From Flavobacteriaceae bacterium (GTDB taxonomy: Bacteria; Bacteroidota; Bacteroidia; Flavobacteriales; Flavobacteriaceae), in the NCBI GenBank assembly GCA_965224465.1, contig OZ245049.1, positions 690,001 through 722,000 on the forward strand: 32,000 bases of DNA. The letters run 5' to 3'. The translations under genes were made by a program, and so were the position numbers. Positions 1-7,354 of this stretch are shown piece after piece. The notes beneath the pieces are model-generated. The model saw nothing but the letters and a program-made list of their open reading frames with translations, did no database searches and was not told where the DNA came from. Every line of letters begins with the position of its first letter. The stretch's first letter is position 1.

Positions 1-727
1 ATACTTTTAATTGCTCGTGTAAGCGTTGTTCTTTGTTGCAGTTTGGATTGAACAGTTTTTCGCTTTGCTCTGTATTTGGCTTGTTGTTTCTACCTATCCC
101 TCTAAAATCGGTAATATAATCGTGAAAAGGAATTATCTGATTTGCTTCTAATTTTACTGTTCTGCTGTTCTTTCTTCTTACTCCTCCTGGGACTTTTATG
201 ATTCCTTTTTTTAGATCTAAATCTTCTAATTCTAAATTCATTAAATCTTGCTTGTCCAATGCTTGAAAAATCATTAACCCCAATAGTAGTTTATTGCTGT
301 ATTTAAAATATCCGTGTTTAGTTTTGTCTTGATAATTGGTGTAGATTTCTTGTAGTTCTTCTTCTGTTAATAAAATGATTTGCTCTTGTGCTACTCCTCT
401 TAATCTTACATTTAAAGCAATGTTTTGTATTGCTTCTGTTGAGCTATTTAAAAGACGCTGTGCGTCTAAAAAGTGGTAATAATGTTCTATTGCTCTTAAA
501 GTTGTATTGATACTTGTTTTTGATTTCTCTTGATTTTGTAAGTGTCCTATATAGTTTAATAACTGATTGTATTTTATCGTTTTCACGGTTAGTTTATTTA
601 GCTGTAACCAAATTGTAAAAAGTCCTATTCTCATTATAAAATCCTTGATACATTTTTCGCTATAAAACCTATCTGTTAGCCATTTATCAAAGGCGAGAGG
701 CTCGCTACCCAATTTATTATTTTTCAT
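1..727 (-). CDS. Second, divergent tyrosine-recombinase-like protein (313-aa type), 3' part cut by the window edge
   Basis: nt 1-992 match nt 7570-8561 (offset 7569) wherever compared. ATG at 727-725 corresponds to the start of ORF 7355-8296. It overlaps the stop of the upstream recombinase gene by 11 nt, as in the other copies. Confidence 0.85.
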   Translation of the reverse strand, partial: MKNNKLGSEPLAFDKWLTDRFYSEKCIKDFIMRIGLFTIWLQLNKLTVKTIKYNQLLNYIGHLQNQEKSKTSINTTLRAIEHYYHFLDAQRLLNSSTEAIQNIALNVRLRGVAQEQIILLTEEELQEIYTNYQDKTKHGYFKYSNKLLLGLMIFQALDKQDLMNLELEDLDLKKGIIKVPGGVRRKNSRTVKLEANQIIPFHDYITDFRGIGRNNKPNTEQSEKLFNPNCNKEQRLHEQLKV

Positions 728-1574
728 CCTGTATTAATTGGCTGTCTGCCTCAGACTCTTCAAGTATGTGCGTATAAATCTGTGTACTATCTAACCTTTT
801 ATGTCCTAAAAAATTACCAATATATTCTAACTCCATTCCTTGCTGTAAAAGATGTGTAGCAATGCTATGACGTAAACTGTGCAGGCTCGCCTGTTTTGTT
901 ATCTCTGATTTCTTCATCAAAACTTTTAACCTGTTGTTTAAATATTGTCCTGTTACTTGTGGTTTTGATTTTCCAACTAATAAATAGTTACTATTTGGAT
1001 TGATTATTTCTCTTGCAAACTCAATATATTCTTTTAAATCTGCTATTACTTTTTTACTCATTGGAACGTATCTACTTTGGTAATTCTTAGATGGTTTTAC
1101 GTAGATTAATCCTTTGTTAAAATCGAGTTCTTTGGGTTCTAAATTAATGCCTTCTTTACTTCTTAATCCGCAACCATAGTAAATACTTAGCATTGCTTTA
1201 TCAAATAAACCACTTGGACTGTGCCCATCAATTGAAGAAAAAATACTTTTAATTTCTACTTGACTAAAGATTGTTTTTTCTGTTTTTATTTCTCTTTCTA
1301 CTATAATTTTATTGACTGCTAATTTCTGTTTCTTAGTCTTTTCTAAAAAGGCACTATATCTATTTATTACGTTAATATGACCTTGTATGTATTGTCTACT
1401 CGCTTTAGTTTGATGTAGGCCTTTTATGAAGTTTTCTATCTCTTGTTGATTAGCTTTTCTTTGATTTAAGTACTTGAAAAAGTTAGCTAATAATCTTACA
1501 TATCCTTTAATGGTACTTTCTGCATAACCCAATCTAATCAACCAATTTTCAAAGTTTTCTAATTCTGTTTTCAT
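717..1574 (-). CDS. Tyrosine recombinase/integrase (XerC/D-like phage-integrase family), module 1
   Basis: ORF track, 285 aa. Motifs by eye: GCGLRSKEG (Arg-I), HSLRHSIATHLL (HxxR), LGHKRLDSTQIYTHI (His plus Tyr nucleophile). N-terminal SAM-like core-binding region. Confidence 0.9.
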   Translation of the reverse strand: MKTELENFENWLIRLGYAESTIKGYVRLLANFFKYLNQRKANQQEIENFIKGLHQTKASRQYIQGHINVINRYSAFLEKTKKQKLAVNKIIVEREIKTEKTIFSQVEIKSIFSSIDGHSPSGLFDKAMLSIYYGCGLRSKEGINLEPKELDFNKGLIYVKPSKNYQSRYVPMSKKVIADLKEYIEFAREIINPNSNYLLVGKSKPQVTGQYLNNRLKVLMKKSEITKQASLHSLRHSIATHLLQQGMELEYIGNFLGHKRLDSTQIYTHILEESEADSQLIQDEK

Positions 1575-1604
1575 AGGGGTGCCTTGCGTTTTGAGATTTG
1601 TATT

Positions 1605-1688
1605 GAGGTACTGACTTAACTTACTGATAATCTTTCAGTTTAGTTCCTCACTAAGCTAACTGAGGAACTAATGAGGTACTGAGGTACT
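1605..1688. repeat. Iteron-like GAGGTACT cluster plus 11-bp perfect hairpin spanning the stop of the type-1 primase gene
   Basis: GAGGTACT at 1605-1612, 1673-1680 and 1681-1688. Variant GAGGAACT at 1662-1669. Stem TTAGTTCCTCA (1640-1650) pairs with TGAGGAACTAA (1661-1671), with a 10-nt loop that contains the stop codon. Confidence 0.6.
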
Positions 1689-4191
1689 CGCTTTTAATAT
1701 CTTCAAGGGCTTTGTCTAAGGCATTTGTGATGTTGTCTTTCAAGTTTTGATACTCATCTTGATTGATAATTTCATACTCAAATCCTGTTCTGTACTTATT
1801 TCCGCCTATTATTTTGATATATCCGTAACTTTGCAAATCATATAAATATCTGCTTAATGTTTTGGGGTTGATTCGCATTTTGGCACGTAATTCTTTAGCG
1901 TAAAAACTTTGTGAACCACTCTTTTTTAAGTGTGCTTTCAGTACTTCCAAGAAATCCCTACACGCTTTTGTTAACTCATCACTTTTTGCCAGCAGTACTG
2001 TTTTCAATAAGGTATTCGCTTGTTCTATATCTTCAAGAGTCGTTTCAATATAGCGTTGCCCTGTCTGCTTGTCGGTGCTTACCGACCGTTGGTATTGATG
2101 ATAGAATGTTACCGTTTCTATAAATGCCAAATAATGGGTATTTGTTCTCAAGGGTTTAAAAACTGTTTCGGGAATATTTAATAGTGTAGCGTAGGGATTT
2201 ACAACTTTTACTTTCTCTAATAACCATTGTACATCTTTTAAAAACTCTTTTGATTGGCTCTCTTCTTGCTTGTTAATTTTCCCTGCTGAACTATTTTGCT
2301 GATAACTCATAATTCCCTCTTTTTGTTCTTTTGAATTGTCTAAATAAATGAGTAAACTTCTGTTGGCATTATCTTCATAAATCTTTTCTTTGGTGGTTGT
2401 TCCGGCTAAACAAATTGGGCCTTCTACTGTTAAGGTGATTGTTTTTAGGTTTCCTTTAGCATCTTTTATAGGAATGGTTTTACTTATTTTTCGTTTACTC
2501 ATTAACTCTCTGATAGCATACAAAATCTTATCGTCTTGTGCTCCGTCCAGATCTTCTATTAGTATCAATTTGTTTTTGAGTTCTGTCCTATCAAAGTAGT
2601 AAAGTGCATTTTCTGATAGTGCAGTAATTTCTAATTTATGTTCTTCTGGTATCAGGTCTGCTATTTTTTCTTGTAGGTACGTTTTTCCTGTTCCACTTGC
2701 TCCAAGACTTATAATGTGTAGCGGTTGCTCTCGTAATCTGCTTGTAAAAACTAAATACATTAACAACCGATTATCAACCTCTCCAACCATTCCAGTTTTA
2801 CCGATTAAGTCATTTGTGTTTTGTAGTAAATTTTCTCCTTTCAAAAACTCAATTGCTTTTTGTTTTCTTAGCTCTGTGAGTTCTCTTAATTTCTTCTTTT
2901 GTGGCTTCTGTGAGTCAACTTGTCTTAATCTATAATCTTCTAATCCGTTTATTAACTCTGCTATGGCGTATTGTATTTCTCTTGTTCCTAATTCTAATCT
3001 TTCGGCTACTTTTCTTGTAAATTTCTCTGTTGTATCATCATTGTATAAATCTAAATTACTTTGTCTGATATTATATATTGGACTTGGATTGTCGGTTCTT
3101 GTAATTCTTAAAGTGACTTTTAACTTGTCTAAACTAAATAGGTTTATCCCGCCTAAAACGGCTATTAGAATATTATTGTTTTGGTAAGTGATGTAATCTT
3201 GGTTTTCTGTGTTCAGCTCGTTACTTACTGGTTCTGTCTGCTCTGTTACAAATTCAGTTTCTGAGCCAAATAGGTTTTCTCTTTCACTTATTAAATGTTC
3301 TAAAATTGTAAGTTCGTGGCTCTGTACTAAACTATTTATATCTTCTCCTTGCGGACAATTAATTTTACTGATGCTTAGATTGTTGAATAGTTGATTTAAT
3401 GTTTTAGAATGTTCTTGTATTGCTTTTTCACCTGCTTCATCTCCATCAAAGAAAAGTACAACTTCTTTTAAATTTTCTAACTTTAATAATGCTTGTTTGT
3501 GTTCTTCAGTTAGTCCATTTGTTCCAAACAAAGCAAGTGTTTCAAAGTTGGTGTATTTCTGAAGTGTGGCACTATCAATTATACTTTCTGTTAATATTAT
3601 TACTTGCGTTTCTTTGTGTGGATATTTTGGATAAAGTCCTTTTCTGTTAGCTGTATAGTAGTGCGTTCCTGTTTTTGCTATATTTCTACCGTATAGACTT
3701 ACAATTTCGTTTTGTTCGTTTTTTAAAGGGTAAATTATACAGTTTTTGAGTTGTTTAAAGTGAGTTCCATTATTATATCCTTGTTCTAATTTCACATCAT
3801 AGATTCCTCTTTCTTCTAAATACGTTATTGCTTTTTTTGTTCTGTGTAGGCTTTGTTTGAATTTCACAAATAGCTCTGAGTAGTTAATTTCTTCCTGTAT
3901 TTCTGTTGTTGCTTTGGTTGGTTTTATTTCTGCAGTACCGATTAATTCCTTTGCTTTTTTCAATGCTTTATGTTTGGTACATTTTTCAATGTCTTGAATA
4001 AACTGTATTACATCTCCTGTTTTATCACAACCAAAACAAGTGTAAGTATTCGTTTCGGGGTAAATTCTTAAACTTGGTTTATCATCTTTATGGAAAGGAC
4101 ACAAACAATGCTTGTTTTTGTTGATTGAGATATTGTACTCACTTAGCACTGTTGTTATTTGCAATTGTTTTTTAATCTCTGTTATCTCCAT
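1651..4191 (-). CDS. Primase-helicase-like replication protein (CHC2 Zn finger + TOPRIM + P-loop NTPase + C-terminal wHTH-like tail, tail type 1)
   Basis: ORF track, 846 aa. Motifs by eye: CPFHKDDKPS...CFGCDKTGD (DnaG-type CHC2 finger), LTESIIDS and FFDGDEAGEKA (TOPRIM E and DxD), GASGTGKT (Walker A), LILIEDLDG (Walker B). Confidence 0.9.
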   Translation of the reverse strand: MEITEIKKQLQITTVLSEYNISINKNKHCLCPFHKDDKPSLRIYPETNTYTCFGCDKTGDVIQFIQDIEKCTKHKALKKAKELIGTAEIKPTKATTEIQEEINYSELFVKFKQSLHRTKKAITYLEERGIYDVKLEQGYNNGTHFKQLKNCIIYPLKNEQNEIVSLYGRNIAKTGTHYYTANRKGLYPKYPHKETQVIILTESIIDSATLQKYTNFETLALFGTNGLTEEHKQALLKLENLKEVVLFFDGDEAGEKAIQEHSKTLNQLFNNLSISKINCPQGEDINSLVQSHELTILEHLISERENLFGSETEFVTEQTEPVSNELNTENQDYITYQNNNILIAVLGGINLFSLDKLKVTLRITRTDNPSPIYNIRQSNLDLYNDDTTEKFTRKVAERLELGTREIQYAIAELINGLEDYRLRQVDSQKPQKKKLRELTELRKQKAIEFLKGENLLQNTNDLIGKTGMVGEVDNRLLMYLVFTSRLREQPLHIISLGASGTGKTYLQEKIADLIPEEHKLEITALSENALYYFDRTELKNKLILIEDLDGAQDDKILYAIRELMSKRKISKTIPIKDAKGNLKTITLTVEGPICLAGTTTKEKIYEDNANRSLLIYLDNSKEQKEGIMSYQQNSSAGKINKQEESQSKEFLKDVQWLLEKVKVVNPYATLLNIPETVFKPLRTNTHYLAFIETVTFYHQYQRSVSTDKQTGQRYIETTLEDIEQANTLLKTVLLAKSDELTKACRDFLEVLKAHLKKSGSQSFYAKELRAKMRINPKTLSRYLYDLQSYGYIKIIGGNKYRTGFEYEIINQDEYQNLKDNITNALDKALEDIKSEYLSTSLVPQLA

Positions 4192-4221
4192 AATTTATTA
4201 TTTGACTTGTAACACATATTG

Positions 4222-4229
4222 CAAATGTA
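4222..4229 (-). promoter_or_regulatory. Candidate -7 box (TACATTTG on the minus strand) for the primase operon
   Basis: Matches TAnnTTTG, about 30 nt upstream of the primase ATG (4191). It is surrounded by ACATAT(T) half-site repeats at about 4212-4255, which are possible XRE operators. Confidence 0.4.
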
Positions 4230-4299
4230 TAATATATGTTTTAAAAACATATTAATTTTGGAGTTTATTTTTGATATTGACTAAATAATCATATTTAAC

Positions 4300-4307
4300 T
4301 ACCTTTG
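4300..4307 (+). promoter_or_regulatory. Candidate Bacteroidota -7 promoter box (TACCTTTG) for the XRE gene
   Basis: Matches TAnnTTTG, 20 nt upstream of ATG 4328. Confidence 0.45.
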
Positions 4308-4327
4308 TTGTGTTATAAAACAATAAA

Positions 4328-4690
4328 ATGAACATAGGAAAAAGAATAAAGCAAATAAGAACCTCTAAGAAGCTTTCTCAAAAAGAATTAGCTCTTTCTA
4401 TCGGGATAGACCAAGGACAATATAGTAGAATGGAAAACGGAAAAGTAGAGCCTACTTTATCTTCTTTAGAGAAAATAGCAGAAGCTTTGAGTATTAAAAT
4501 TGCGGAACTCTTTGACGAAAACGAACCTATTGATGTTAATAGTTATGATAAAAGTATAGTGGAAAGATTACGCCTTTTAGACCAATTAGAAGAAACAGAA
4601 AAGGCTTCTATCTTTAACATTATTGATATGGCTATTACTAAGAAACGCTTGAAAGACACGCTTTCTAATGCGTTAAATGGAACTATGTGA
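4328..4690 (+). CDS. XRE/Cro-C1-type HTH transcriptional regulator, divergent from the primase gene
   Basis: ORF track, 120 aa. N-terminal HTH (KKLSQKELALSIGIDQGQYSRMENGK). The C-terminal helical part is shared with the other module regulators (LRLLDQLEETEK..IFNIIDM). Confidence 0.85.
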   Translation: MNIGKRIKQIRTSKKLSQKELALSIGIDQGQYSRMENGKVEPTLSSLEKIAEALSIKIAELFDENEPIDVNSYDKSIVERLRLLDQLEETEKASIFNIIDMAITKKRLKDTLSNALNGTM

Positions 4691-4702
4691 TGTTTTATGA
4701 AT

Positions 4703-5476
4703 TTAAGAAACTTCATCTTTCAAAAAATCATAAGGTATTTCATAATTATCTAAAGGGTCAATAGGTAATATTTCTTTTGGAATAAGCGGAGAGTTAACTT
4801 CTACTTCTAAACCTTGCCTCCAAGCTAATTTTGCATAACCTAATGCAGGCTGAGAAACATATTTATTTAAAACTGCATTATCATTTCTCTTTTTATGAAT
4901 TTTAGGACTAACTAACTCCTCTAAAAGTTCCTCACATTTAGATTCATCTTTTGACAAAAGAGCTTTGTAAAATTCATAATCGATTTTTAACTCTTGTTGA
5001 TTCTTTGGTAATTTGGGCAGTGTTAAAGTTTCAATGATGTTTAGGTTTCTTTCTATTCCTTGAGTATCGTTAGCCATAAAAAACTGAATTGTATTACACC
5101 AAATAGCACTTTCGCCTTGCAATATCATTTCATCCATTGACAACTCTGAATTCTCACTTTTTTGATAGCGCAATTTTGAATACTGTTGAATTAATTGCTC
5201 GTTATCACTTAATATAGGATAACACACATTAGGTAATCCAAAATCGAATAATCTATCATTAAATTTATCTATTCTTAATTTATCTAAAAGAGTTGCATTA
5301 TAAAAATATTGCCTACTGTTTTCATTCATCATTAAAGAATAAATAGCAATATCGTATTCCATAAATCTAAAATTAAGAGCAACTTTATTCAGGTTAGATT
5401 TATCATTAATAACAAGACTTAACAATTTATCTTTTCGATTTAAAGCACGCTCTATCTTCTCCTTTAACTTTATCAT
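4703..5476 (-). CDS. Putative immunity protein for the upstream toxin (family not recognised)
   Basis: ORF track, 257 aa. ATG lies 2 nt after the toxin stop, which suggests translational coupling. No signal peptide visible. The call rests on position only. Confidence 0.5.
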   Translation of the reverse strand: MIKLKEKIERALNRKDKLLSLVINDKSNLNKVALNFRFMEYDIAIYSLMMNENSRQYFYNATLLDKLRIDKFNDRLFDFGLPNVCYPILSDNEQLIQQYSKLRYQKSENSELSMDEMILQGESAIWCNTIQFFMANDTQGIERNLNIIETLTLPKLPKNQQELKIDYEFYKALLSKDESKCEELLEELVSPKIHKKRNDNAVLNKYVSQPALGYAKLAWRQGLEVEVNSPLIPKEILPIDPLDNYEIPYDFLKDEVS

Positions 5477-5478
5477 AA

Positions 5479-6189
5479 TTAGAAGTTTGCTAATTTTATA
5501 AAATTAATCTCTCCAGTTGTCTTATCTACTACAGCAACATATTTCTGTATTGAACCATTAGATGCTGATATAATAGCATCAGCAGTTTGTTGTTTCAAAC
5601 CTCCAAGTCCGTCTAATTTATCTGTTGCAACATAATTTATCCAGTTATCACTCATTTGAGAAGGAAGACCTGTGTTTGTATTTGGTCCACTTAAAGATGC
5701 TGAACCACTTGAAGACATTTGTTTGCTTTCAATAATAATTATCTCTGAAGGGTTATCAATTCCACCTTTATAATATATACCATCATATCCATTGACACCA
5801 TTTGCTCCATAATATTTACCATCTGCTATTTGATATCCTTGTCCAGTCATAATATCATCTACTAATCCTTCTGTCTTAGCTCCTAAATTATCTCCATTTA
5901 CAATAATATCATCAACTACATTCTTTGCAGAACTTCCATTTGTTGGTGTTATCTTATAAGCATCATTCCAAAGTGTTTTTCCAATGTTAGTCTTATTTGC
6001 TCCTCCTGGTATTTTAGCTGTAATATTCTTAAATGATGAAAGACTAAACCAGTTACTCCCTGCGTTAGCCAATTCTTCAAGCCTTTCACTACTTTTTTCA
6101 ATTGAAAAAAAAGTGTCGTTTGCACTTAAATTGAGTGTCGAAAAAACACTAAGTACAACAATTAGGAATATTTTAAATAAGCTGTTCAC
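5479..6189 (-). CDS. Secreted polymorphic toxin, body type A (possible PD-(D/E)xK-like nuclease)
   Basis: ORF track, 236 aa with a GTG start. The leader NSLFKIFLIVVLSVFSTLNLSA|NDTFFSIEKSS..EELAN is shared with the other toxins. The body contains YDGIYY...IIIIESK, read by eye as D...ExK; the nuclease call is weak. Confidence 0.65.
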   Translation of the reverse strand: MNSLFKIFLIVVLSVFSTLNLSANDTFFSIEKSSERLEELANAGSNWFSLSSFKNITAKIPGGANKTNIGKTLWNDAYKITPTNGSSAKNVVDDIIVNGDNLGAKTEGLVDDIMTGQGYQIADGKYYGANGVNGYDGIYYKGGIDNPSEIIIIESKQMSSSGSASLSGPNTNTGLPSQMSDNWINYVATDKLDGLGGLKQQTADAIISASNGSIQKYVAVVDKTTGEINFIKLANF

Positions 6190-6764
6190 GGATTACAAAG
6201 ATAGTTGATTTCTTAGTTTTTGTTTTTCTTCAATTGAAAAAAAAATAAACACAAAGTTTAAGGCTTGATTTTTTGTAATTAATGCCTTATCGAAATTTTC
6301 ATTTTTTAGAATAATGCTCTATGGCATTGATTATAAAAAATGAGCATCCAAGGGGTTTGGGGAATGGAAGATTCCCCATATAAATAAATCCTGCGTAGCA
6401 GACCTATTATTTTTTTTGTGCGGTTGGGAGCGTTGGATGTGTGGCTATTTTGCATAATACCAGTTATAACTACCTGGAGTTTTTCACGCAAGAGTATTAT
6501 AACTTGTATTATGTTACTTAGCTTGGGGTGGTTTTTATGGCGGATTTTTTGCTTTTGTGCGGTGGCACAGCTCTTTGGATTTTCTTTTTTTCAATTGAAA
6601 ATAAAAACGATAAAAAAGAAAATACAATGTGCTGTTTTTGCGGTGGGTTGCAGAAAGTGTGACATAAAAACCACAGAAGGGTTGGCGTGCGGAACAACAT
6701 AAAGCACAAAGGCTTTTTGCTTTTTCTGCAAAAGTTTGGGTTTTATGTTGTGGGGATTGGTCGG
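6065..6764 (-). repeat. Leader + junction region, allele A
   Basis: Conserved between all module boundaries. T-run-CAATTG-A-run palindromes at 6093-6112 (inside the leader CDS), 6229-6238 and 6590-6599. GGGGAAT-GGAAG-ATTCCCC hairpin at 6359-6377. (G)TGCGGT(T)GG repeats at 6418-6427, 6557-6565 and 6639-6646. Confidence 0.8.
6453..6513. repeat. 17-bp inverted repeat (CATAATACCAGTTATAA / TTATAACTTGTATTATG) with a 27-nt loop
   Basis: Arms at 6453-6469 and 6497-6513, complementary at 16 of 17 positions. The loop sequence is unrelated to the other copies and lacks the CAATTG palindrome. Confidence 0.75.
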
Positions 6765-7043
6765 TTATTTCTCTCCATAATGAGAATGTGCATTTAGTAC
6801 ATAAACTGTAACTATTTCTTCATTTATAGAATACACTAATCGGTGTTTATGGTTGATTCTTCTTGAATACAATCCTTTTAAATTATGTTTCAACATTTCG
6901 GGTTGTCCTGTTCCTGTTGTTGGGTGTTCCATTAATTCAGTTAATAATTTCTGTAACTTCTTTAAAATTGATTTATCTCCTACTTTTTTATGTTTCTCAA
7001 TATCTTCTAAAGCGGTTTTAGAAAATTCTAATTTATAACTCAT
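6765..7043 (-). CDS. yoeB: YoeB/Txe-family toxin (RelE superfamily mRNA interferase)
   Basis: ORF track, 92 aa. GQPEMLKHNLKGLYSRRINHKHRLVYSI closely resembles E. coli YoeB [28 protein letters not shown]. It overlaps the antitoxin stop by 4 nt. Confidence 0.88.
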   Translation of the reverse strand: MSYKLEFSKTALEDIEKHKKVGDKSILKKLQKLLTELMEHPTTGTGQPEMLKHNLKGLYSRRINHKHRLVYSINEEIVTVYVLNAHSHYGEK

Positions 7044-7291
7044 AAACCTAATAATTCACTTATTTCTTTAGGTGTAGAAATGGTTTTTGTTTCTCCATTT
7101 TGAACTTCTAAAACGCTTTGTTGAATACGTTCTATCATCTTTGCATTAAAGTACATATCGTTCTCACTAACAAGAGTTAATGCATACGATTTATCTTTCC
7201 CCCTTTGAACAATTATATACTCTCCTTTATCTACTCTTTCGAAGTATTCTTTTTGATTTTGTCTAAATTCTCTACTGCTTATAACTAACAT
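7040..7291 (-). CDS. Phd/YefM-family antitoxin
   Basis: ORF 7040-7354 trimmed to the internal ATG at 7291 (MLVISSREFRQNQKEYFERV...), which resembles the YefM N-terminus (ISYSEARQNL). The upstream 21 codons overlap a palindromic operator-like site and look non-coding. Confidence 0.75.
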   Translation of the reverse strand: MLVISSREFRQNQKEYFERVDKGEYIIVQRGKDKSYALTLVSENDMYFNAKMIERIQQSVLEVQNGETKTISTPKEISELLGL

Positions 7292-7306
7292 AATATCATA
7301 TTTTGT

Positions 7307-7321
7307 GTACCAATATGGTAC
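7307..7321. promoter_or_regulatory. Perfect palindrome GTACCA-ATA-TGGTAC upstream of the antitoxin gene (candidate YefM/YoeB operator)
   Basis: 6-bp arms with a 3-bp spacer, 16 nt upstream of ATG 7291. Type II TA operons are typically autoregulated at such palindromes. Confidence 0.55.
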
Positions 7322-7354
7322 AATATACAAATAAATAAGCAAAAAGTATTCCAT

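Larger units (their letters stand above)
1..6064 (-). mobile_element. Module 1 (partial): toxin-A body, immunity, XRE, primase, recombinase pair
   Basis: Unit boundary placed where inter-paralogue similarity of the toxin leaders ends (TTAGCCAATTC at 6065). The boundary definition is inferred. Confidence 0.5.

Noticed and set aside
1911-3650. Series of + strand ORFs of 61-78 aa inside the primase genes. They recur in every module (for example 2390-2599, 9995-10204, 16730-16939, 23393-23602, 30709-30918).
   Set aside because: They are antisense to a long, well-supported CDS. They are Leu/Phe/Ser/Cys-rich, as expected from the reverse strand of AT-rich coding DNA. Their recurrence only reflects duplication of the underlying primase gene.
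6350-6367. GGGGTTTGGGG as a G-quadruplex or telomere-like repeat.
   Set aside because: There are only two G4 runs, followed by short GG tracts, which is not enough for an intramolecular quadruplex. The second run is better explained as the 5' arm of the conserved hairpin.
6306-6709. Junction ORFs on both strands (6306-6491, 6418-6702, 6518-6709; also 14064-14252, 20727-20915, 26982-27200, 27216-27434, 27250-27441).
   Set aside because: They overlap each other on opposite strands and run through palindromes and T/A runs. They are not maintained as open frames across junction alleles. The region behaves as conserved non-coding DNA.
7292-7354. Upstream 21 codons of the antitoxin ORF (104-aa version), and the same at 28024-28086.
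   Set aside because: They encode an implausible YLYIVPYWY stretch that is simply the translated operator palindrome. YefM-like similarity starts at the internal Met.
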